Source of the DNA: a virus
Strand: one strand, 5' to 3'
Virus record (IMG/VR): IMGVR_UViG_3300045988_079613
DNA: 64,000 nucleotides
Under the pieces are notes generated by a model. It was not told the origin of the DNA. It worked only from the letters and a program-made list of their open reading frames with translations, and searched no databases. The stretch's first letter is position 1. Every line of letters begins with the position of its first letter. Made by a program: the position numbers and the translations under genes. This document shows positions 11,201 through 25,673 of the stretch, one piece after another.

Positions 11201-14200
11201 TGACTACCTATTATATTATTATCCAGCAACCATTTTCTTATTGCTACGTAACCCTATTCCTATACATCCTATGGTACTACATCTCTAAAGAAGTTAGTAC
11301 TAAGCATTACTTCCATACTACCTCTTTTAGGATCGAAACTAAGTTTTTTACCATCATTAAAAGGTCTAGTATCTTCGTTAGCATCTGTTATTACATCATT
11401 AGCTTTAAAACCAAATGATGCCATTTGAATAGCAGAACCTCCTGGAGTATTTACGTCTATTACTTCTTTATTTATTAAAGAAATTATTTTACTTTCAATC
11501 CAATTACGAACGCTAAGTGCTGCTATAGGAGCTTTAAAGTTACCCTTACTGTCAAGTTTTAATGCATCTATTATTTCTTGAGACATTCCATTTCCAGTAG
11601 CTTCTTCTACTAAATATCTAGACAAAGCAGCTTTATCTATAGAACCGTCTAATTTGAAGAATCTACCTTTCTTTTTCTTTCCATTGATAGTTCCTCCTTT
11701 TAAAGAAGTATAACCTAACGTAGACAATGCTTTAATACAACCAAATATATCCTTTTTTATTTGAGATCCAGATACATGCTTTCCTTTGTTATGACCATAG
11801 TATCTATCATCTACTACATTACCCATACCAATTTTTATCGCTTGAGTACCGAATGATCTATCTGTATGTTCATGTGGATCTGTATTAAGCTGCAATCTTA
11901 ACTGTTTAATATCTTGAATTCTAGTTGTTAATCCATCATTAAGTCTTTCAACGGCATTACCATTCGTAACTATCATAGTAGATGGCTTATTTAAGCCTTC
12001 TTTATTGAAACTTGTATTTCTGTTGTCATTATAGGCTTTGAACTTATCTTGAGGAGCACCGACCTTAACTGCAGATTCAAACAATAACATGTCTATCACA
12101 CCCAATTCTTCATTATTCATTCTGTCATATAAATACTTATTATCCGCTTTGGCTAGTATCTTAAACATAGGGAATAATGCCATTTTATCGAATGTAGGTA
12201 CATTTAATTTAGCTACAGAATCATAGTAATCACCAAAATACATCATCTTTAATGGTTTTATTGATGCTCTTAGAGCTTTACTATACAATTCTGGATTACT
12301 AAGAACATCATCTGAAGATTCTAGTATATTATATGCTTCTTCTATCTCAGGAGACCATTCTCCTAAAGCTTGCATAATTCTCTTATACATAGCTGGTCTG
12401 ATATATACAGCAGCATCTGCTTGATTTATATTGCCACTATTATTCTCATCATCATATGCATAAGGATTTGCAGCTTTCTCAGACTGTTTATCAACAAATT
12501 TCTTGGAATCATCAGATAAACTGTCATAAGATTCTTGCATTCTATCTTCATTCTTAGTAGCATCAAATAGCTATTTATCTGTCATGTCTGGATGCTCTTT
12601 CTGTAACATAGTTCTTATGAAAGATGCTCTAAATATCTATTTCAATGAATCGTGATATTCAGACCCTATATTGTTATCCTACATAACAGCACTAACGAAT
12701 TTAGTATCATTTCGTGGATCTCCTTCTCCCCAGTATGTTCTGAGATTAGTACCAGTAGATAATACAGAAGACAAACGTTTGATTTTATCCACATCTCTCT
12801 GGAATACACCTACTTCTTTGCTGGACTTCCACTTATAAAAAGCAGGATCTCCAACAAAACACTTTTCTACTTCTTCTATAGATATTGCGCAATTAGTTAC
12901 AAAATTAGCTATTATACTATATATAGCATCATTAGAATTTATATCGTCATAAGATGATTGAAACTATGCTTTATATTTTGCATATATATTAGTAGGAAGA
13001 TTACCAGAAGTAAGTTTACCAGATGAATCCCTAGATATTACTCCTAGTTTAATAGCTTCTTCTACTTCTTGATCTACTCTTCTTAATAACATTCTATTAA
13101 GAATATCATGCATACCAGCTACATCTTCTATGAACAATTTTCTGATATTGTCTAAAGTTTCATTAATTAACTTTGGATCATTGCTTTCTTCTGCAAATTG
13201 TAATAGATCATTTAATGAACGTATTTCTCCATCAGGCATTATTATTTGGTTAAAATATCTGAATCTACCACCATTTCCGCCTGGTTTCATTTTACCATCT
13301 TTCCCTATTTTGCCGTGATAGTTAGAATAATATCTCGATCTTCCTTGTTCTACGTCAGACTTTGTATTATAATATTCAGTAATAGCATTAAATTCGTCTA
13401 CAAAATAATTATAGAATATATTTAAAGTATTTTTACTAAATCTAAAATCAACTGGTACTTCTATTGTTTCCCCTTCAAAATTTGTAGTTGTAACAACAGA
13501 ATGTAGAAAATCTTTAGGAACATCTATTCCTTCTATGCTATACCATGTCTTTTTATCAGACATTGTAGGTAAAACTAATCTATTATTTTCAGATAAAGTT
13601 AACTTTGTAATATAATCCTCCAATGGAGTTATACCAAAATAATCCCTACTAGTATCTGTTAACTCATCATTAATAGCTAATAAAGTATGCAGTTTTAATT
13701 TAGGTTTATTTTTTCCTAGCAGTGCTTTTACAATAAGACTATTCTTACAATAAGGAGTATTGTTTAAGTTCTGCAATTTTCCATATGCGTTAGTGTTTAA
13801 CCATCTGATCTAATCGGACATATAGTTATTCTATGTGATAGGATATACTAAGCTACCATCTGCCCCAGTTACACTAAATTCTTCTGGAGTAGGATGTGTT
13901 TCTCCATATGCAATAGCCATTAAGTTCAATACGCTGTTTGGATTATAATAATTAAATATCTTATCTGCACTAATAGTCACTCCTCTAAATTTAGTAACTA
14001 AAGTTTTATTAGCCGCCATTGCTCTAATATTCTCATATACAGAGTTTCTTATAGAATTTATAGCTGCTCCATTTTTAGAGTCTGTATTCTTAGTTCTGAA
14101 TATCAAGTTAAAAGCGTCTACACCATCTATTCCAGTAGATTCCTTAGTACTTATACTACCTAATAAATAAGTAAGAGCATCATTGTCAAAATTGATACCC

Positions 14201-17200
14201 AGATTATTAACTAAATCTAGAAAGTCATTCTTAATATCTTCAAACAATTTTATATTTTCAGGAGTACGTTTGCCTTTTAATATTAAATTAAGACCAGAAT
14301 CTATTCTATTTATTAATTTAGTTATTTCTGCTAAAGCTTTAGAATTTATAACAGATCTGTTCTTACTATCTGTAGTAATCATAGTAGACAGCATAAAATT
14401 CTGCGACCATTGGGAAGGAAGTCTAGCTATTTTTCTTAAGTTATCACTGTCTTGTACTTCCCAAGTTCTTTTTCCTAATTCAGGATTAACATTTGCTGTA
14501 GATTTAATATCAATAGTATCCATACTATTCTTAGCACTCTGTATAGTAGTTAACAACTAAGTAATAGTATTTTCAGGAAGTGGATATTCAGGATTATCTA
14601 TATAGTCTCTGAGAGTAGCAAAGAACGGATCTGATTTCGCTAATCTTCTTACTTTTGATAACAAATCGTTCCAGTCATTAGAAGACCATAAATTCTCTAA
14701 TATTTTATTCCAAGTAATATCAAATGGTTGTACTACATCCATATCAAAGATAGGATCTTTAATAGTATCTGTAATCTTTCCATCCTCTGTGAGAATAAAT
14801 TTGCTCTTAGGAATAGAATAGAAGAACAACTTAGCATTAAATGCTACATTGGCTTTTTTACTTATTTCATATGAATTTCTATCCCATATATTATCATAAG
14901 TATCTCCAGGATCTTTAAGCATCTATTCAGCAACTTCTGTCTCTTCTCTTTCAATACTCTTAATACCTAATTCTTGTAAGAAAGCTCTAATTTGTTTAGC
15001 AAATATTTCTTTATTCTTTAATACATCTTCTACTATTTGTTTATTAGTAAGATTTTCATCATATACTCCATAATCATAGTTATACTGTATTATATTAAAT
15101 ACGTCATCTAACTTCAAATTACGTATGTCATCCATAGTACGAATATTCAAAGTAGCAAGAGCTGTACTACTCAATGATTCTATAATATTGTACATAGTAG
15201 ATGCATTAGTTATATGCGGTGTAGACTTTTGTTGAACATCTGATATACCAGGAGCATAATAATACATGCCTTCTGGGTGTCTTTTAGCAAATTCTGATAG
15301 TATTTCCTGTCCGATAAACGGTTTACTATTTTTAAATTTACCAGATCTTATAGCTTGGAACAATGTCTGCTATGCATTAAGAGGTCTATTACGGAAAGAT
15401 GTAACAAGATTCCACAAAGCTTTGAAGAATTTTTTCATCCTATATATAGGGGAAATATTAGATTCATTTATCATATAGGTTCTGAATTCCTCTGCTAATA
15501 CTTCTTCCATCTGATCTTTAGTGTACCCTTTATACTCAGGATGAGCTTTTATATAATCCGAATACACCTAATTTCTTTGTTCTTCACTAAGAATTAGTTG
15601 ACTGACATAGTGAAATGCTTCGTGATATTCTATGCCCTATCCAGCCTATTCAGACAAAACTATCTATGGATTAAATTCTTTGAATATTCTATTAAAAGAT
15701 ACTTTCATTAGACCATATACTTCTGGAGCATCAGCCATTCTCATAACAGCTCCAGTAACCAGTACATTGTCAATATCTAAACCTAATTTATCTTTTAACC
15801 ATTTTCTAGCTTTCTATTCATCAAACTTACCTCTCCTTTTTGTAGTAGAATAAATACCTGAACTCTTCTTCAGTTTAGCTACAATTGGATTATGACTTGG
15901 CAACATTACAGTAGTACCATCCTCCTTAAGGATATATTCCCATCTTGGTTTAGGAGTAAGCCCCATGGATAATGCTTCATCTTTAGATAGAAGTTTGTCT
16001 TTAGAAGATGGCTTACTAGCTGGAGCTATCGCTTCTTGTTTTACTTCAGTATCTTGTGTACTTTCAGTAGGTACATTATCCTTTCTAGGAGTTTCTGTAG
16101 TAGTAGGTCCAGTTATAGTAGGAGTAACTGGAGTAGGATCTCCTACTTCTTGTGCTCCATCCGCGTATATAAAAGGATCTTTAAATGCCTGTTCTCCTAC
16201 ACTAGTTTTTATTACTTGATGATTAATCATCCAAGACATTAAAGTAGGTGCTTCTTCGTGAGCTCTAACTACTTCTCCTTTATCGTTCTTGGTAAGTCCT
16301 AGATCCTACATAGTGAATATCAGATCATCACAGTTTAGTACTCTATAATAATCTGTTTTATATTCATTCATATACTGTATAGCATGTTCTACAATGCTAT
16401 CTGGAATAGGATCTTGCATCATTTGTTTGTCAGTATTCCAGTGTATATTATTAGATATATCTCTAATAGTTTGCCAAGCTTCTGCTTCTGAAAATACAGG
16501 TTGACCCTTAGCATCTTTTACTTTAAGATACTTAGTAGTATAGAATCCTTCAGGAGTTCTACTTCCATACATCAAAAAGGTTTCTCCTTTTTCGTTCTAG
16601 AAAGAATGTAAAGTCTTTCTAACATAGAATGATAACTTTTCTACACGAGAGTCACCCAGAGTAATAGTAGATGGTCCATGATTACATAAGATATTCAATA
16701 TATCTTTGTATACCTATTGATTACTTATTGGCAATGTACCGGTAACTAGTCTAAATACTAATTCAGCACTGGTAAGAGGTATACGTTTGCCATTATCATC
16801 ATATTTAGCTTTACCATTAGGAGTATAAGATGTAACAAGGGTGCTAGATCCTCCTGGTATGAAATGTCTTTTCTCAGATAGCATAATTGGAGCACTAACT
16901 CTCTAAGATGGAGTATTTGCTACTTTTGGAATTATGTATAATTTACCAGCATATCCTGTTCCCTAAGCACTTGTCTTAGTAGAACCATCAAACTATACTA
17001 TAGTAAATGCATCTGCCGGATCAAGAGGAAAAGGACCTTTACCGTAACCAAATTCTACTTCTCCAGACAATATTTGGTCACTCATTTCATATGGATCAGC
17101 ACTAAGTCCGAATTCAGGTACACTTGTTAATGATCTGTATATAGGATTATTACCTTCCTATTGGCTGTTTATAGAACCATTACTTTGTCGTAAATTTACT

Positions 17201-20200
17201 GGAACAATACCATTTTGAGGATTAATTGGTAAAGTCACTTCAGCATTACTAAAATAATTAGGAGCGTATTTTCTTATATATTTACCAATTATCTCTCTTC
17301 TAAGTTCTCGTAATTTACGTACTTCCTCATTTTGTTTATCTGTAGGAACACCCCATTTTCTTACCTTAGTTCTAGCTTTATCTGGAGTATACAATGCAGC
17401 ATTATAGATATATTTTTTTCCATCTATATCTTCTTCAATTATCATATGTACAGCAAGTCTATCTGCTGCATCTTTTTCTAACTTTCTAGTTTCTTTAGAA
17501 TCTGTGACTATATAGTATACTTTCTATTTAGATAACCAACCTGGTATAGCTAACTTTTTAGACAATTCAGAACCAGGCATTCTAGTTCCATTGAATTTGA
17601 CATCTACAGATTTACCTTTTACTTGGGTCTATATAGGCATTACTTCTGTATTATCATACGCAAAGAAGAATGTAGAATGGATTCTATTAGTCTCTACTTT
17701 TTTCTTACTGTCTAAACCAGGACTTTTATCACTTTGACCCAATAGTTCTGCAGCTCTAGTAGTAGCTGCCAGATCTACAGAGTCTAGTTCTTCCATAGCA
17801 TTTTGTAAGGCTAGTTGACTATCTTCTATATGAGTTCCTAGAGATGGGTCTTCATTACCTACCCATACATCAGTTCCATCAGAATACACCATATTTGATG
17901 GTTCTTCTATTGTAATAGTTACATCCTATGTATTAGAACCATCAAATGATTCTGCTGTAACAATTACCTTAGTAGGTTCATCAGGCTATTTTGCAGTGGC
18001 TACCTCTATAGGCTAATCTGTTTTCTCTTCTTTATCTTGTTCTTCTACAGTAGGTTGCGGGGATTCATCGGCAACAGTAGATTCAATAACCTATTGTGGG
18101 GTTTGATCCTATGTATCAGGTTCTATACCATCTTCTACAGCGATAGGTTGCCCATCCTCTACTTGCTCTAGTTTTGCTCTTATTGCATCTTCTTGTAGTA
18201 CATCATCTGATACTCTATCTAATTCAGATGCTTCTACAGGAGTATCAGTTTCTACTCTATCCTCTGGAAGTATTCCTGTACTATCTTCCATCAATATCTT
18301 GTTAGGATCCTATTCTAAAGTATCCTCTAATATTCTATCTATATCCTCCTATGTAGATAACTATACCTCATCTACTGGCGGTTGTTCTTGAGTAGAAGAG
18401 TCTACAGAATCTACAGGGGCTTGAGCAGTTGTTCTGTTCTATTCTGTATGTTCTGTAGTAACATTTACTTCATCTGGAGTATCGCTTTTTTCTCTATTTA
18501 CTTGAGGTTTTATTTCAGGTTGGTCTATTATTTTTTCTTGAGTATCGGATTGCTCTTTATCATTAGCTAATTGCTCTGAAGTTTGTTCTCCATCGTTTTC
18601 AGCAGCTCTGTGTCCAGTCTCCTGTTCAATTTCAGTTTTAGCCTATGTTTCTTCTTGAACATCTCTTCTATTATTACTTAAAAATAAAGAATTGGCTAGA
18701 AATCTTTCAGTCTACTCTACATTAGCATCATTCTCCAAAGCACTCCATTGGTCTTGAATAGTTTTATTATAGTAGGCTATTACTTGTTTCCTAGTCGGCT
18801 CTTCATCTGTACTATACTGTTGTTTATATTTCTCAGAGTATTTCTATAGTACATTCTATTTATCTTCATCTGATAAATTGGAATATATAGGTTTACTTTC
18901 TACTAAATATCTATCCTTTGTAGATAGTCTACCTGTAGTATAAGCATTAAGCTATGCATTTAAACTGCTAAGAATACCAGTATTTAATGCATTTATAGCC
19001 ATTTCTTGTTCTAATTCCTGTTTATTTCCGAAATCTGGAGCCTTAGACATTATATGGTCGATCCACTTATCTTTCTATCTTAAACTATTTTGTTCTCCTT
19101 GTAGATCTTTTAGTGAATCGTTTATGTACTTTAACATACCCTCTACACCAGTAATAGATACCTATATTCCATATTCGTCCTTTAACTATTCCAAAGTCTT
19201 CTTTCTAGATGTAAGATCTCTTTTCAGATTAGTAAGAGTGTTTGTCAAGGTTCTAGAACTAACAGCGTTTACTATTGATGATTTAAATTGCTGCTTTGTT
19301 ATTGGTTCTGCATTCTATTTTCTTTGTGCGTTAGCATAAGCTTCATATTCTGAATTTATAAATGAATTAAAATCATTTACATCTTCATTATTTATTATAG
19401 AGTTATTAATGTCACTTATACGTTTATCACTTTCGTTTTTAGCACTTGAAGCATCCTTCTATTTATCATAAAGGCTTACAGTAGTCTATACAAATCTCTC
19501 AAAAAATTTATCTTTTTTACGATCTACACCTATATCTTTTAGATTCTGATCAATAAGCTTATTTCTATAAATAGCAGATACATCTTTTGCAAGACGTATA
19601 TCATCATCAATCATATCATCTGTAACACCTTCTGTTTTATACTTTTTGAAATCTTCTAAACTAGTAGTGAGGCTGTTGATATCTCTACCTTTTCTAGAGT
19701 AATCCAGAAATTGAGCTATTTTAAAGTTATTTTCAGCATTTTCAAACCCCTTAGCAGCTAATGCTTTTACTACATTGTCTCCTTGTAATTGATGTCTGAT
19801 ATCGTTGATATTTGTTAGATTTGCTCCACTTCCCATAAGAGCTCCGATAAATCCTCCAATACCCATTTCTATCTTTAATTGTTCATCGGTGTTATATTTA
19901 TCGTCCCAGTGCATACCTCTATATGCTAAATTAGCTTCTAAAGCTAATCTACCAGCTGTGGCGGCACCTCTAAATATATTATATGTATCTGGTACCTATG
20001 CATTATCAGGAAGATCCTAATACCATCTTCCTATCATTCCTTGCTATCCTTCTTCAGTACTTTCAAACAACCATCTCTTACCTAAAGCTAATGCCATGTC
20101 TGTTCCAGCATCTCTAACATGTTTAGCCTTCATTCTAGTCACAGGACTTTTCATAAGTTTAACTGCGGCTTTATCTATCTTTGAATTAAGTTTAGATAAA

Positions 20201-21732
20201 AGAGCAGCAGTTGTCTTGTTTTTGGTAGCTAAATCTACAGCCTTGTTCATTATAGCTTTGAAACCTATAGATTTATTCAACAGCTTACCACCATAACTTA
20301 AACCTAAGTTTTCAGCATAATCACCTAGAGCTAAAGCGTTATTAGTTTCTTCTATCTGTGTTAAACCTTTGCGAGCATCCTTGGCAAAAGTATTGTAGTT
20401 ATTATCTTTAGTAGGTATATTATATGCCAAACCAAACTACAATGTTTCCATTTCATCCATTTTATCAGCATCGTAACCCATGGCTTTCAAACCAGCAGCA
20501 TAGTCATTCAATACTGTAGATAAATCAAATTTACCATCTGCAGCAGCATTAGCTAATTTTTCAACATAATTAGACATTACTTCTCCTGCAGTTTCTTTAT
20601 GTCTAAAATATCGTGTAAATAAAGAGTTGACAACAGCTTCCCCAGCAGCCCAAGCCAAAGGACCACCACCTAATTTGGTACCATATTTCACACCAAGTGC
20701 GGTAAGCATTTGCCATCCCATTCCCTATAATTCTGATGCACTACTACCTATATGCAACATACCATACTTCCAAGTAGTTGGATCTAAAGCAGATATCTAA
20801 ACTTCTCCACGTTTCTTATCAAGAATAGGATCAATTACTTCAGGATTGTAAAATATTGGCATCGGAACAATTCCAAATAGAGGATCATGTAACCAATGCG
20901 CTGTCTTTAAACTCTATTGTTTCTATTTTAATTCATCATCTTTACTATCATATTCTAACTTAGCATCAGATAATTGCTTTTGTAAATTAGCAGCTTTTAT
21001 ATCTAACTAGCTAACTGTAGTTGGAAATGTATTAGTAAAATCGGGGTTATTCTATTTCCAAGATAAATCAGCATAGTAAGGAGATAATCTTCCTTCCGCT
21101 AGTTGATTCCTTACTGTAGAAGCTTCTATTGTTCTACTTGGTAACAAAGGGTTTACAGACTCTGTTACAGCTCCATAAAATACATTACTTAGATAAGGAT
21201 TGGTCTTAGCTTTCTATTTTATATCTTCTTGTAATTTCAACAACTCTTCAAGTTTCTGTTGTGAGGCTTGAATGAGATCTGTATTCTATGGGTTAGCTTT
21301 TAATTGATTTTGGAGTTGGATATATTCTTTCTAACCCTATATATAATTCTGCGCTTCTTCAATCTCTGGTAACCATTTACCTTCAGTATCCATTAGTTCT
21401 TTCTGTCTAGAAGTAATGTTCAAAGATAAAGCGTCTCTAGTATTTATATTAACTGCCTATTCAGCAAATGTAGTAGTTTTTCCAGATTCTGTAGTAGGCT
21501 CAAATAGTTTCTTACCACCAATAACTACAGAAGAAGCTATAGGATTTAGCAAAAATGCAGATACTTTGTTTATAATACCTAGACTAGTTTCTTGTTTATC
21601 TTCAGAAATGTTAGATTCCTGTTCCTATATAGGAGTGGCATATTCATCATCTATACGTCCGTAATAACCTGTACCGAACTAACTATCATTAGTTCTATTT
21701 ATTACTGATAAAAAATCGTCAGAAAATTTCAT
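8227..21732 (-). CDS. Giant multidomain protein, 4501 aa, with a crAss-type virion RNA polymerase-like DxDxD motif and a zincin HExxH motif
   Basis: Sixteen track ORFs (8671..9153 to 20437..20721) share one frame and abut at TAG (for example 14556/14557 and 14922/14923). My scan of all gaps found only TAG (about 78). ATG at 21730-21732, TAA at 8227-8229. DFDID at 11044-11058, HEAFH at 15610-15624, and acidic or P/T-rich linkers at 15900-16150 and 17900-18700. Confidence 0.7.
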
Positions 21733-21743
21733 AAGTTATTATA

Positions 21744-23417
21744 TTAAAGGTTTTCTTCCTAAGATAACATATCTTGTATATCTTGTGTTTTTGTTTGTAT
21801 TCCAAGATTCTTGTCCATCCAAGCTGCATCAGAAGTTATGGCAGCTTCTCCACTTCTAGGTAATTGCTGTAGTACAGTAATTCTGATAGTTTTTACAGGA
21901 GTACTTGAAGATGTGGTAGTACTCTCCAAATTTCCTCTATTGTCATATCTTTCTGTAGTTTTAGGACCTGCATCCACAGTTACTGGAGTACCCAAAGCTG
22001 ATAATGATTTTCTATCTATTCTGGCTTTTAGTAATTGATCTTCTGGAATGTATGCATGTTTTACTATATATATATCATTACCATCAGATATCATTCTCTG
22101 GTCAGAAGATATTTTAAAGTTAGAGAAATTATTTCCATCATTCCACAGACTAATAAACTTCTATAATCCTTTGTCAGCATCTTTTCCAATTGTATTATAT
22201 ACTAATTCTTTGGCTAACTTGAAATTTGAACTATTATTTGCTGTGTAGAAACCATCTTTATCCTATTTTCCTGTAGTACCATAGGCTGCATACTTATCAG
22301 AAGCTTCATAGCTTATAGGAGTAGACATAAGATCAATTACAGCATTTTCTGCAGTACTTCTCCTTCTTGTATCTTTCAGTACCTGATCGTAGTAATTTTT
22401 CATTTTACTTTCTACATAACCTGGATTCTTAAGATTAAGAACCTCCTGTTGCTTTTCAGGAGAAAGGGCTTTAAAACCTTGTTCTGCAAATGCATCCACT
22501 TCCTATGGAGTAAGGTTGGTAAACCTAAGTAAGTGATTCCTGGTAGCATCTGATTCTAGTACTCTGGTAAGATTGAGTAAATTATTGGCAGTATTAGCAG
22601 CAGACGCATATTTGCGTTGTAACCTCATATTTTCTATAGCTACAGGATCTCTGTCTGCTTTATTCCATGTATACTCTCTACCTGCAGTATATATCTCATT
22701 AAGTAATTGTTGTTGAGCCTGTTCAGGATTAAGCCCCATTTTCTAATATGTTTCTAGATATTTCTGGTACTGAGGAGTATTCTGTATACTTGACAAATTT
22801 TTCTATAGTTGAGCATCTGTCATTTCATTAGTAACACCATTCCATAGAAATCCATTCTTAGAACCAAGAAATTCGCCTTTAAGGTTATTAACATAAGGCT
22901 CTACTAATTCCCTTACAGACATATAAGGAAGAGGAGTTATATCATCAAATATTTTCTTACTACCTAACGTATCATAATTAGCAAAGTCTACGTCATGCCA
23001 TAGGGGGTTAAACCTATTCTCTAACATTAATCTTTGATTAATTTCTTGACGTTTTAGCATAGCATCTCTACTAGATTTTAGATTACTTAACGCTGCGTAA
23101 TCTACACTGTTTATCATAGACTGTAATTGTGATCTAAATGCGGCATCTTTCAATGCATCAGGATTAGATACCATCTGATTAATAGCATTCTAGAAATCAT
23201 TTCTACCTACAGTAAGATCATAATATCTCTGGGTATCTATTAGAGAAGGAGACTAAAATTCATTAAATCTCTACAGTTGAGCTCCAAACTATTGAGCTGC
23301 TTCATCTATAGCAGCTTTCTAGGCTGCCCCAATTCTATATAACTCTCCAAAATTAATCGGAGCATAAGTATTTATAAACTGAGCCTACGCGGCTTGATCG
23401 TACATATTTGCTGCCAT
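21744..23417 (-). CDS. Virion structural protein, 557 aa
   Basis: Track ORFs 21759..22094, 22263..22499, 22503..22739 and 22803..23174 are co-framed. About 12 in-frame TAG. ATG at 23415-23417, TAA at 21744-21746, 11 nt before the next ATG. Confidence 0.6.
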
Positions 23418-23418
23418 A

Positions 23419-25671
23419 TTATCCTCTTCTAAATTGTTTCATTAAATTAATATAATCTCCAGATTTATAAGCGGCCTCTAAGAATGGAGCATACGCTTCT
23501 AGCATAGCAATATCTCTATTTCTTTGATTTCTCATAAGTTCCTTATTCTAGAAGTAATTGCTTAATTGTGATAATCCTGCTCTATTAATGTTTCTAGAAG
23601 AAGCTCTACTTCTAGCATTTTGATCTATGGATAAATTTCTAGAACCAACGAATTGTTGTCCAAGATTATTTAAAGTATTTGCATAATCACTCTTATATTG
23701 ATTATCTATGTTATTTTTCTGTGAATATAAATCTGATATAGCCTTGTCAGCAGCTATTTGACTCTATAGTCTATATGCTAAATTAGCTCCTGTGGTAGGA
23801 TTGTATTGGGAGGCATTATAATTTGATATAGCTCTATTTTCTCGTATAGCTCTCTTAGCTGGTGCAATATCAAATTTTCTACCAGACATTGTTCTTATAA
23901 TATTATCAGCATACGGATTGTATACAGCTTCAAAATTTTCTGGACTTGCCATTAGATTTGAAAATATCGGAGCTATTTGTGATATGTTAGAAGTGATATC
24001 TCCTAAAATTTTTCTCCAATCATCTTTATCTTTAGGAGTATTTTCGTTATTGCTATCTTTTTTATTCTGATTATTTACTGCTGTAGAAACCAGTGTCTCA
24101 TAAGGTATTACTTCATCTCCTACTCTTGATATAGCTTCTCCACTAAGATCTATTTCATTGTTAATGGGTTCTACTATAGATTTTCTATTAGGTTTACTTA
24201 TTGTAGTACCGGTAGATCTTCTGGTTTTAGTTGGAGTTACAGATATGTTAGGTATATTTACAGAGTTATCGGTCGTTGTACTATTAATGGGAGTTGTATA
24301 ATCAGAACCTGATAACAACCAATAAGGTACTCCACCTCTCCATTCTCCACTATTTACCAAGTTATCTGATGCCAATGTTTTAGCAGCAAGAGAAGAAGCA
24401 TTTGTAAAGTAATTAGGAACGGATCTTCTAGGTACAGCTATTTGTTCATCAGGCACTCTAGCATAAGCTTCATTATTTAGATCAATATTATTTTCTATTA
24501 ACTAAGGAGCTTTTCTAACATACTTACTTGGTTTATATTCGTTTATTGGAAACACTGTATCTAATTTAGCTTGAGGCTGTATATCATACAAATTACCAAT
24601 TGATTCCCCATTGTATGGGGTATAGGTTCCTGTCTTACTATCTTTTATCCATTTTCTTCCAGCCCTAGTAATAATATCACCGTCTGCTGCTGCCTATATG
24701 CCGTTCTTAACCTTAGATCTTTTATTCTTAGTTATTTCTTGAATAGCAAACAACTCATCGTGAATAGCCTAATCATTCATTTCATTAAGCATTGCAGAAT
24801 TCTCTGCATATTTATCTTTACCTTTTGTCTTCTGTTTAGACATCAATCTTTTACCCATTTGTGCAAATGTTTCTTTACTTCCTGGTACTTTTAACGTATC
24901 ACTCAATACTCTACTACCTTCCGGTAAATTTACTAAATTACTATCTGTTGGTTTTCCTTCCTCTGGAACTTCTAGTATCTGTCCTTGAGGTGTGTTAATT
25001 AGTTCTCCATCGTCTACATATGCCATGCTAGAAGGAATCTAACCTCCAAACTCCATAGTATACACATTTTGATCATAATCTTCATCCCATTCCTATTGAG
25101 CTTGCGCTCCAATACTAGCTCCAATTCTATGTTGCCCTGCTAAAGTTTTAGCAGCTTCGTACCTACGTTTTAAACCCTTATTACTAATGGCTCCTCGTAT
25201 ACCTGTACCCAGAGTAAGAGTAGGGTCTTCATAGAATCCGCCACCTGATATTTTACCTTTCTTACCTACCAATCCTGTAGCCAATCCTGCAGCTCCACCT
25301 ACAATAGCTCCAACTGGACCAGCAACTGATCCCATCTGAGCACCCGTAGCAGCACCTCCTATTACATTTTGTATTGATTGTTGTACTGCTTCTCCTTTAG
25401 TAGTAGCTGTAGAAGGACCGGCTAACATACTGGCTATATTAGTCATACCTCCTATTATATCTGAACCTTTGCCTAATATATCTGTAATATTTATATTATT
25501 AGTAGAAGTAGATGTATTTCCAGTAGATCCAAGAGATGCTCTTTGGGCAGCATTAGGACCGTACTTAGAAAAATTAGGTACTCCTAATAACTGTTCTGTC
25601 ATCTAACGTTGCCAATCTACTCCTCCGTATTGGTATTTCTTAATACCCTTAATTTTTCCTTTACTTTTCAT
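23419..25671 (-). CDS. Virion protein with a Gly/Ala-rich hydrophobic segment, 750 aa
   Basis: Track ORFs 23764..24456, 24769..25026 and 25093..25602 are co-framed. About 8 in-frame TAG. ATG at 25669-25671. TAA at 23419-23421 forms a TAATATG junction with the downstream gene. Confidence 0.6.
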
Positions 25672-25673
25672 GA

